Origin: Craspedostauros australis
Lineage: Eukaryota
Direction of reading: 5' to 3'
NCBI GenBank assembly: GCA_030167865.1
Contig: JALAGF010005422.1
Span: 1-32,659, forward strand
Length of the DNA stretch: 32,659 bases
Shown: piece by piece, positions 1 to 9,812 of the stretch
Position numbering within the stretch: position 1 is the stretch's first letter
Layout of the letters: every line of letters begins with the position of its first letter
Notes under the pieces: generated by a model
Seen by the model: only the letters and a program-made list of their open reading frames with translations
Database searches by the model: none
Told to the model about the DNA's origin: nothing
Made by a program: the position numbers and the translations under genes

Positions 1-145
1 ATTCGGTCACCGGTCAATGGGGACATGAAGGGAAAATACCAATTTTCAGCAATTTTTCAGTGACATCATGGTATATTGCAACTGATCTGCTTTCTCCCAA
101 TCGTCCTCGGACTCGTCCACACATCCCACTGGACGCAACCATGCC

Positions 146-3100
146 GTGTCACGCACAACGAAAATCAAACGGCCTTCGGTTCTTCCTTCCACATGCCACT
201 ACACCAACGACATGCACTTCACCCACTTCCGCAAAGCCTTCACCGCATACCTCGTCCCCTTTGGTATGGGATACTTACTGGACTCCGACTTCGCTGTGGC
301 CTATCAAGCTTCTGGGCGCAACGTGCTCAATCGATATATTGACCCCTTTTACGAAGGACATTTGCCTTTCGACCACGTCCAACTCAAGTCTGACGTAGCA
401 CTGCTGGCCCGGTTCCTTGGTGAAGCACTTGCAACAAGCAACATGACGTATCTCTTGCGAGGTCCGCATGAGCATGATGGTGTCTTTATCTGGCGCGACC
501 TCATTGCACACAACGACAATGACACCAAAAAGTCAACTCGGGCTGATGCACTTCGTACACGCCTGGATATACCTCTTGGTCCACAAGATGACATCATCCA
601 ATATGTTCAAGACTTCCGTGACACTCTGCTAGCCTTCAATGACGAGACCGACCGTCAACAGGACAAGCTTGACGATATTGCTGCATCCCGCATGCTCCTA
701 TACAATATCAGGGTCGCGCAAGTATCCACTTACGACAATTGGGCCGACTTGGTGCGTACACGAAAACGTCGCCCAACCTTCATTGGCACATGCGAGTTCC
801 TTATTGCTCGAGCCACCGAACAACGAGCCGCTCAAGAACGTGCACACAGCCGTCAAGCACGTCCACGCAACCGCACCAGACATGCCAATCAAGCCATGAC
901 TATACCTGGAGCTCTGGCCTCCGACTATGGTGCTGTTCCGCCGGAGGTGACCTACGTTGCCAACCTCATGGAATGTACTCCACGACATGCCGAAACGTTG
1001 GTTTTCGCTGCACGACCCCATGTCGAAGCCACCGAGCGTGACGCGACGTATATTGATGGCGATACTTTCCGTCGACTACCCGCCGATGTCCGACGTACCG
1101 TCCGCTTCCTACGCCAACGCATTCGACAACTGCAGCAACGATCCGATGGCACCACAATACCGCCCACGTCTCCAGTGACGGATCGTGGAGAAGTTTGTTC
1201 GCCTCAACCAAGTCCAGCTCCTGGAGCTAAAACTGATACAACCGGCACACCAATGGCCATGCAGTACAACCTTGGATACGCAAGGCAAGGGGTCACATGG
1301 GAGGATCAGCGTCCCAACGCCCTCTACGATTCGTACACGACACATGGTGATGCAATGTCTGATGACAATTCTACCGACGATGATCTCGATGATGCTACCA
1401 CGTTCCAACTGTTTATGGTTCAAGCGAAGTACACGGAAATCCATTTGGCACCGACGTCCATCCAGGACAACTGCCCCACCGTGACTTCTTCCCACCTCCA
1501 TGTCCATGCCGCGGCCAACGACATGAACCAACCTGCATACGCCATCAGTGACAGTGGTGCACAATGCTCCATCCTGGGAAGCCTAGGTGACGTGTGGCAA
1601 GTGGAGAACGTGGACATGACACGGGTGATCAACATCATCGGAGCCATTCCGTCATCCATGCGCAAGAACGGACTTCGTGTGGTCTCCGCAATCACCAAGG
1701 CCACGCTTTCCAATGGCCAGCAGGTCCTCCTTCAAGCCCACGAGTGCGCCCTGAACCCGAAGAGTAGAGTCACGCTACTCTCCGAATTCCAGATGAGGGA
1801 AGCTGGATGTGTCGTCGATTCTGTGGCCAAGCATCATCTCCGTTCTATGAACCCAGCACAGTACGGAACACAGTCCTTACAGCCTGCTCCGGATGTGATC
1901 ATTGATATGGTGACTCGCGACGCACTCATGACGTTTGACATCGAGGCGCCCACTCCTGAAGACCTGAATACCCTGGCCGTATACGTTATCACCAAAGATG
2001 AACGCTGGGAACCAAGAAAACACGTTCATCCAGTTGATACGGTTGTCCCACTAACGACCGCTGTGACCACGGTCAACCACAAGCAACAAGCAGAGCCTCC
2101 AGGCAATGTCACTTCAACATTTGGTGATCCCCCTACCATGTCCGTGGCACACATGACACCCTCCAACGACGTTGTCAGCACTGGCGCCATCCATTGCTCG
2201 GATTCCATCTTCGATTTCAGTCAACCGTATGGATTCACCAATCACCGTGTGACCAAGGCGCTCATCACCCAACCACATACTCTGTGGACACCCCAACACC
2301 CTGATCCTCAGCCAGATGACTCCACCGCGCCTGTTGACAACACCAAGACCAACTGGAAAGATGATGTCTCTCAATACGACGATCTATCCGATGCCATCCA
2401 CAAACAACACCAACAAGCTATCGCTGACACACAAGGCAACGATGCAAAGAATGCTCATGACGTCGGATTCCGTGTCAAGGCCAGACATCTCGTGGACGAC
2501 CCAGTCAAACTTCAACCATATCTGGGATGGCGTAACCTTCGTATCATCCGCGAGACCATCAAACGCACAACGCAAGATTGTAAAGCCGTGGTTCGATGGC
2601 CTATGATCAGGCATTTACGCTCCCGATTCGCATGGATGCGCCGCCCTCGCATCAGAGAAGTGGTTGCTACGGACACGTTCTTCGCCAATGCGCCATCATA
2701 TGGTGAGAACTACACTGCGGCTCAAGTATTCTTTGGTACATCGTCTCATGTGCTCAACATCATCGGCTTGCGTTCCAAACAACAGGTGCATGATGCAATC
2801 AACCACTTCATACGTGAAACAGGAGCGCCGTGGGCCTTCCGTATGGACAACGCCAACGAACAGACTGGGGAGAAGGTGGATGCCATCCTTCGCGAGCTTT
2901 ACATCGGTGTCGAGCTTGCTGAACCAGCCACACAGAACCAGAACCCGGCTGAACTCCGTGCCGTCAAATGGATCAAGGCCAACGTTCACATCATCCTTGA
3001 TCGGTCCGGAGCACCTCCACGTGCCTGGTTCTATGCGGCTAAGTACGCCGTCGACATCCACAACATCACAGCAGATCAATCTCTCTGATACAACATTCCA

Positions 3101-6073
3101 TTGACCGTCCGTCATGGCGAAACCATCGACATCTCTGCCTTCCTCTCGTTCAAGTTCTATGAGAAGGTGTACTACCATGATCCGTCGTCAGTGTTCCCTG
3201 ATCCAAAGGAGAAGACTGGATATTGGCTTGGGGTTGCGGATTCGTGCGGCGATGCTCTGACGTACCTCATCCTTGCTGACTCCAATCAGCGTGTACTCGT
3301 TCGCAGTGTTGTTCGACCATGTCGTCCGCACAGGTACAACGAACGCCTCAGCTTTCACAAGGAGCTCGATCCTGATCGTACCTATCCTCCACCGGATGTC
3401 CCTCTGATCCTTGACGACCACCGGATCCCGATCAATCGCAAACTGCAACAGCACCGAAAACCCCCTCGCCCGCGCGAAGCTTCACCTACCACGGCTCCAC
3501 CTGTCACCGATGTACCAACCGTCGTGCACACACCGGTCAGTCCGCGAGTACCAACGCAAACAACTCGAAGCCCTGGAGTTGCCGCAGGAAAAGGGAGGGT
3601 TCCTTTACCTCCATGTGCTCCGACTCGTCGTTCCAAACGCATCAAGGACCGTGGTAACACCACCCCATGGAAGACCAAACTTAGCAAGACCCAGAGCAAG
3701 CAAGTTACAATGACCGCGCTCACGCATGGTGCAGAAATCCAACCGAGCCCTCACCTCGTCCTAGGAGCCCAACACCCTATTGGCAGTGGCATCGGACATC
3801 ATGGCGTGCTGCACCTTGTCACACCACTTCCATCTGATGAACATCTCCCGAATCTTGCTCCTCGTCGCATCCGTTCCGATTTGAACACCAGTGAAGAACA
3901 CCACCTCCTATGGGTGACCGTGGCAGACATCATCATGGACAAGACCGAAGACGATACCATTGGTCCACAGATGGACATGACCGCTGTATCCATCACACAG
4001 CACCAGAACCAGCTTGTCATGGTGAACTGGATGGATGGCTCCCGTAGTTGGCACCACATCGATGAGATTCGTTTGCAAGCCCCAGATATTCTGGCTCAAT
4101 ACGTGCAGGATAATCGGCTTGACGATGCGATCAACTTCACATGGCTGTCCAACTTCCGCCAGACATACGACCGTGCCCTTGCAGCCAAGGCCCAAACAGC
4201 AAAAGCCACGACCAAATACAAGTTTGGTATCCAGGTCCCACGCAACACACGTCATGCGCTGTACTTGGACCGTCTCAACGGCGACCGACAATGGAGACAA
4301 GCCATCGACAGAGAGCTAAAACAGATCAACGAACATGGGACCTTCCGTTGCCCCACCAAGGATGATGACCTCAATACCTACCAGTGCATCCCATACCATG
4401 TCATCTTCGACGTCAAGTTTGATCTCCGGCGAAAAGCTCGTTTGGTTGCCAATGGCAATATGTCCGACCCATCTGTCGAAGACGTCTACTCCGGAGTCAT
4501 TGCCTACGAGACCATGCGCATCGCATTCGTTATCGCTGCCATCAACGGACTCCAAGTCTGTGCTGGTGATGTGGGCAACGCATTCCTGTATGCCAAGACC
4601 AAGGAGAGATGCTATGTCATTGCCGGCCCTGAGTTCAGTCCACTGGAAGGACAACCACTCATCATACACAAGGGATTGTATGGCCTCCGGACGTCCAGTG
4701 CTCGTTTTCATGAACACCTAGCCCAGACGTTTCGTGACCTTGGGTTCCAACCCACCGCCTATGATGCTGACCTTTGGATTCGACCACAAGAGGATCATTA
4801 CGAGATGATTGCGTCATACGTTGACGATGTCCTTGTGTTCAGCAAGAATCCAATGGCTATCATGAACATCCTCAAGGAAAAGTATGTCATGAAAGGTGTT
4901 GGTACACCCATGTATTACCTCGGAGGCAACATTGAGCAACTGGATGAAGCGTGGCAAAAAGAAGGGATTTTCACCGCACTATCAGCTCAAACGTACATCG
5001 CAAGCTCATGTGAGAAAATGGAGCAACTCCTTCAACAATCACTTCCACGCCACGCAACACCCATGGCCGAGACCTACCATCCTGAAGTCGACGACTCCCA
5101 ACTACTGGATAAAGGGGCGGCAAGCAAGTTCAGAACACTGGTTGGATGTGCCAACTGGATCATTACGCTTGGTCGGTACGACGTGCAGTACGCCACCATG
5201 GCCCTCTCACGTTACTCCATGACGCCACGCATGGGTCACATGAATGCCATGATTCGAGTCTTTGGGTATCTCAAACACAACCAAACCGGCCGATTGCTTT
5301 GTGATCCTACTCCACCCAATCATTCCAAGTACCCCAAACACGAGAGCGACAAATGGAGAGAGTACTACCCCAATACACACGAAGCAGTGCCACATCGAGT
5401 GATCCCACCCAAAGGGAAGGACGCCAAGATCACAGTGTACGTTGATGCTGATCATGCTCACGATCTTGTCACGCGCCGCTCTGTGACAGGCATCATCGCC
5501 AAGGTGAATGGCATGGTCGTCCGGTCCTACTGCAAACGCCAACGTACAGTAGAGTCTTCAACCTATGGATCTGAGCTCGTGGCGGCTCGCATTGCGGTTG
5601 ACATGATCGTCGAACTCCGTACAGCACTCCGTGTCATGGGAGTCCCGGTCGATGGACCCGCCCTCCTCCTCGGCAATAACAAATCTGTTGTTCTCAACAC
5701 CTCGATCCCGTCCAGCGTGCTCAAGAAGAAACATTGCGGCGTTGCATACCACCGTATCCGTGAAGCCATTGCAGCCAACATCGTCCAATTCGTCCACATC
5801 GATTCATCTGAGAATGAAGCAGATATTCTTACCAAGCCTGTCTCGAAGTCAACGTTCTACCGGATTCGTCGGATGTCTTTGTTTCGCATTCCACAACATC
5901 TCGTACAGACCAAAGAAGCCACGACGACACAACCAGCTGAACCTGACGCAGCACCTCCTATCCGACCCATTGTCACTGCGTTTGTGACTATCGATCAGCC
6001 CACGCTTGGTGGCAGATTCCAACATGCGCTGAAGGGGCGTATTGGAGCGAAGACACCACCCGAGTCCAAGTAG
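146..6073 (+). pseudogene. gag-pol polyprotein of element A, disrupted by an in-frame TGA at 3086-3088
   Basis: ORFs 146-3088 and 3101-6073 share one frame (…ADQSL*YNIPLTVRHGETIDIS…). Motifs: protease AISDSGA (D at 1550); integrase ATDTFF (2672), MDNANEQ (2846), QNPAE (2951); RT KARLVA, GDVGNAFL, LYGLRTS, YVDD (4817); RNase H YVDADHAHD, STYGSELVA, NEADILTK. The frame continues upstream through TGA stops at 83 and 26. Confidence 0.93.
6029..6039 (+). other. Polypurine tract of element A
   Basis: CTGAAGGGGCG directly precedes the LTR. The identical 11-mer precedes element B's 3' LTR on the minus strand (6400-6390). Confidence 0.85.
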
Positions 6074-6117
6074 TCGGGAACACAGCAACAGACTGCAACA
6101 GACAGCAGAACGAAAAC

Positions 6118-6389
6118 TATTGAAACGAAAGTGGTGTCAAGTGATGGTGAAAGGATCGTCTGAACGGGTTATGACCGAAGTCTTTGTTTTTGTTTTGGGC
6201 GATCTCGTTTGTGTTTGTCTTTTCTTCGTTTCGCTGCTGTTTCGCTGCTTTGCTGCTGCTTTGGTCTGTGCGTGGTGTGCGCGTGGTGTGCGCGTGGTGT
6301 GCNCGTGCCTTCGATCTTTGACACGTTCGGTTGCTGTTCTGCTTCCCTACCGGTTTGTGGCCGACCCGCTTGACCACTTCTCTTCATTA
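6118..6389 (-). repeat. 3' LTR of element B (272 bp)
   Basis: On the minus strand it begins TAATGAA after the PPT and ends TTCAATA against the TSD. Contains a three-copy 11-bp tandem, CGTGGTGTGCG, at 6271-6303. Confidence 0.9.
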
Positions 6390-6808
6390 CGCCCCTTCAG
6401 GGTATGACGGGGAGTATACACGTGCGTAGCCTGATACACATGTACGAATGCATGGACCATGTTGTCATGTGATGTACTTGCGGTTGGCTCAGCTGGCAGA
6501 ATCTTCGTCGTCTCCTTGGCTTTCTTCAGGTGTGCAGGTGCTCGGAATATGGACATCCGGATGAGGCGATGGAAGACGGCTTTCGACACTGGTTTCGTGA
6601 GCAGGTCAGCTTCATTGTCGTGTGACGTGATGTGGAGGAATTGCACGGCTCCTGCTGCGATGGCTTCCCTGACACGGTGGTAAGCGATGCCACAATGCTT
6701 CTTCTTGAGGACGCTTGACGGGATTGTCGTATTCAACACCACAGACTTGTTGTCACCAAGTAGGATCGCAGGTTCAGGGATGGGAACGCCCAGTACGCGC
6801 AGTGCCGT
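6347..6808 (-). CDS. C-terminal RNase H part of element B pol (partial, runs out of the gap)
   Basis: TALRVLGVPIPEPAILLGDNKSVVLNTTIPSSVLKKKHCGIAYHRVREAIAAG…NEADLLTKP aligns with element A RNase H and keeps the GDN aspartate. Confidence 0.92.
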   Translation of the reverse strand, partial: TALRVLGVPIPEPAILLGDNKSVVLNTTIPSSVLKKKHCGIAYHRVREAIAAGAVQFLHITSHDNEADLLTKPVSKAVFHRLIRMSIFRAPAHLKKAKETTKILPAEPTASTSHDNMVHAFVHVYQATHVYTPRHTLKGRNEEKWSSGSATNR

Positions 6809-6858
6809 NNNNNNNNNNNNNNNNNNNNNNNNNNNNNNNNNNNNNNNNNNNNNNNNNN
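6809..6858. other. Assembly gap (50 N)
   Basis: Run of N inside element B. It is too short even for the missing 51 nt of the 5' LTR, so its length is nominal. Confidence 0.99.
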
Positions 6859-7079
6859 TTATGACCGAAGTCTTTGTTTTTGTTTTGGGCGATCTCGTTT
6901 GTGTTTGTCTTTTCTTCGTTTCGCTGCTGTTTCGCTGCTTTGCTGCTGCTTTGGTCTGTGCGTGGTGTGCGCGTGGTGTGCGCGTGGTGTGCGCGTGCCT
7001 TCGATCTTTGACACGTTCGGTTGCTGTTCTGCTTCCCTACCGGTTTGTGGCCGACCCGCTTGACCACTTCTCTTCATTA
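6859..7079 (-). repeat. 5' LTR of element B (partial; its 3' end is in the N gap)
   Basis: Direct repeat of 6169-6389 at offset 690. Similarity ends exactly at 7079, where the AAAAC TSD begins. Confidence 0.9.
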
Positions 7080-7838
7080 AAAACAAAAAGGAGCAACAAA
7101 AGCAATCGAATCAACACATCAAGCTCACAATCCCAAATCGATAACTTAGTACACATCACTTCATACCAAAGACATCCACGCTTCAATACTCATGGTGTGT
7201 TACAAAGTACGCGTACACGTGATACATGTATTAGAATAGTATGGTACTACCTGTTATACGTGCCAATAGAGTAGCTTGTATGGTCGTACCCCAATAGACC
7301 TGATCACCATCTCTCTCGACAGGCACCCGCGTGATCGTAGCACTGCGAGTGCAGAGACAAGGATTGTCACACCTGCGCTCGAGAGTGCTCGTCCTGATAC
7401 ATGTCCCTGTATGCGCATCCAGCAAAGCAACGCGTCCTTGCGACAGCGAAGCGCAGGAGGACGAGAGGATACGAGCCACCTGCGATGTATGGGAAGATGT
7501 GATGACGATATCTTCACGCATTGCGCCACACCATGCCATGCCATGCCATGCCATACGAGCTGGAGTCGAGAGCTGTAAACACCATGCCGTGTCAGCGGAG
7601 TGTCGTCATAGTTCATTGTTTCATAGTCCCAGCATAATACATACCATTGCATCCGTTGATTCACGGCACAGCAACGACGAGGCGATCATCACCTTCACGC
7701 ACTCGCGCTCCCACTCACACTGCTGCTCTCGCAAATCACAACCTATACTCGTGTGCGCATTCTGTTTGTAGGGGAGGGATGCCCCCATTCACAAACATGC
7801 CCTCGTCCTTCAACAGCCACGTCTGCCACCAATCTATT

Positions 7839-9812
7839 CTACAATTCATCACCGCCCTGAGATCCCCCCTCATCATCCTCCCTCAGTCGTCGCACTTCCA
7901 TCAAGTCCACGTGTCGCCCCTCGTTGGAAAGCCACGCCTCGATATCTTCCGCCAGTTCAAGTCCACTAACGACCTTTCCGAAGCAACTGTCTTCGTCGCT
8001 GCTGTCTCGCAAATGCAGTTGGAGGGCCGGACCGTTCTCGCGAAAGTTGATGGAACCTCTGCGACAAGGCGCCTGTTTGGATGTTTCGGCAAAGAATAGT
8101 GCTGCGGCAGCGTTGCTCGGATCTGAAACGGCAATCTCTAGCACGTTCCCATTCGAGGCAACGAACGATCCATTGTTGTACAATCCGTCCTCCACCGATT
8201 CCATGAAGGCCCAAGCGGAGTGCGGCAAGGCATCCATATTGGCGATTTGCACCATCATGTTTCTGTGCTCACCAGATGGGAATCTCATGCTAAATTCGAG
8301 CGCGTATGGGTCGCTTCCGTATCTGATGAAGGGACGAGTATCCCAGATGACGCATAGATGTGGAAGGAATATAGCAGAGAGCGTTAGTTCGATGAGTTCG
8401 TCGATGAACTGAGGCGCGGATGCATTTGCTTAGGTGTTTGCTGTTCCACAGCCGCCGCCAGACACACCACATTGCGAGCACACGGTCATTCTCGTACTCG
8501 TATGGCACTCATGTATAATACCTGTACGTATCAAAGCATCAATCTGATCTTTGGCCGCCGAGGAAATGAATTGCATCTGGATTGCTCTCGTTCGCTTTCG
8601 TCGCGAAATAAATGACAAACTGGCATTTGGTACCTCCAACAGTGCCAATAAAGCATGCTCCAGTTCGAAAAGAGTAGAGGAACTCACCTCGCTTCACACT
8701 TGACTCTGCTCTGGTTCTGGATGCTACTTTGCATCTGCTTCGTAGTCCACTCCGTGATCTTCGACTCGGCACGGCATGTGTCTCTCGCTTGTTTCAGTGC
8801 AGCATTTTCTGTGGTGAAGTTCAGCGAGGATGGTACAAATATGTAGAGTAGAGTAGAGTGGAGTGAAGTAGGTCATACAACGAATGAGGCGCGGCCGAAT
8901 CATTGAGTTGGAGGAGATTGGTGGAGCATGTGACAGACCGCACGAGGATCAGGCAATGATATTACCAATGTGCTGCATCCGGCATGATCCGCCTGATCAC
9001 TGGGCACACACGCAGTCATCTCTCTGACCACAAATGCGCTCGTGGTCGTATGTGCGTTTGCGTATTTGCCTTTGTGTCTGCGTCTGCATTTTCACGTGCA
9101 TTCACGGAAGGGGATGCTACGTCGGCGCGCTCAACGAATCGTGCTCACCTTCCACTTTATTTTGCACCATCTTGTTTGACAGCTCCAGTTTGTGCGCGAG
9201 CCTGCGTTCGGCTTCATCCAATTCCTGGGCGCGCTCATCCACATTCCGCTGCAGCACGGCAATCTCCTTTTGCTTGAAATGTGCGTCATTCTGCGACACC
9301 TCGAACTTTCGAATCATCTCTTCGTGGTCCTTGTGCAACGACGTGTACTGCTCCAACGTCGTCTGATGCTTCTCCAGCAGCTGCTGGTGGTTCACGAACA
9401 AGGACGATTGGCCTTCGAGGCGTCCTTTCAATTCGGCGATCTCCTGCTTCCGCGTTTCGTCTTCGATGCATTTATGCTTCTCCTCCAGCGCGCCAATATA
9501 CTTGTCCTCGAGCTCTCGATGAGTGGCGTTGTGATGACGTTCCATATCATCCACTAGGTCGGAGCACCGGTGCGTGAACATGGTGTAGAAGAGATAGAAC
9601 CCGCACAGGGCTCCCAGACCGACCAACGTGACAACGAGCAACACCAAGTTCAGCACTGATAGAGTGAGGGGGCCTGCTGATGCGCTCTCGCCCTCCCGTT
9701 CTGCTACGCCGGCGGCGATCTTGCCTTTGCGTTCTCTCCTCTTCTTTGGCTTGGACACGGATGATCCCAGCGAAGAGGTCAACGACGCATCGTCGCCGTT
9801 GGATCGAGCCAT
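7839..9812 (-). CDS. Type II membrane protein: TM helix, coiled coil, degenerate cyclophilin-like domain, C-terminal GDEL (3 exons, ~422 aa)
   Basis: Exons 9812-9149, 8808-8688 and 8322-7839, with G|GTGAG donors and CAG| acceptors, join in frame (…VQNKVE-ENAALKQ…IQNQSRVKCEA-RYGSDPYALEFSMRFP…). TM segment LSVLNLVLLVVTLVGLGALCGFYLFY. Cyclophilin-fold-like segments LPHSAWAFMESVEDGLYNNGSF and CFGKVVSGLE. Confidence 0.8.

Larger units (their letters stand above)
6118..7079 (-). mobile_element. Ty1/copia LTR retrotransposon, element B, nested in A's 3' LTR; most of its interior falls in the N gap
   Basis: Two LTR copies are identical over 221 bp (6169-6389 and 6859-7079, apart from one N at 6303). 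PPT at 6400-6390, RNase H-coding fragment, and flanking direct repeat AAAAC at 6113-6117 and 7080-7084. Confidence 0.92.
1..7188 (+). mobile_element. Ty1/copia LTR retrotransposon, element A (CoDi-like); 5' LTR lies outside the window, 3' LTR is interrupted by element B
   Basis: Copia domain order gag-PR-IN-RT-RNaseH. Polypurine tract CTGAAGGGGCG at 6029-6039. The 3' LTR starts TATTGGAGCG (6040) and ends CGCTTCAATA (7188), a 9/10 inverted terminal match. Confidence 0.95.
6040..7188 (+). repeat. 3' LTR of element A in two pieces (6040-6117 and 7085-7188; 182 bp when rejoined)
   Basis: Starts right after the PPT. Terminal inverted repeat TATTGGAGCG / CGCTTCAATA. Removing element B plus one AAAAC copy restores a continuous A/C-rich sequence. 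Confidence 0.8.

Noticed and set aside
3086..3100. Programmed stop-codon readthrough between the two retroelement ORFs
   Set aside because: The TGA lies inside the integrase domain rather than at a gag/pol boundary, the context TGA-TAC-AAC is not a known readthrough signal, and the copy has other disabling changes.
6121..7076. Alternative canonical TG...CA boundaries 3 nt inside element B's LTR ends
   Set aside because: No TSD at those positions (ACTAT vs TTAAA), and the outer TTA is shared by both LTR copies, so it belongs to the LTR.
8430..8772. Track ORFs 8430-8687 and 8539-8772 as separate genes
   Set aside because: They overlap intron 2 and an off-frame reading of exon 2 of the cyclophilin-like gene.
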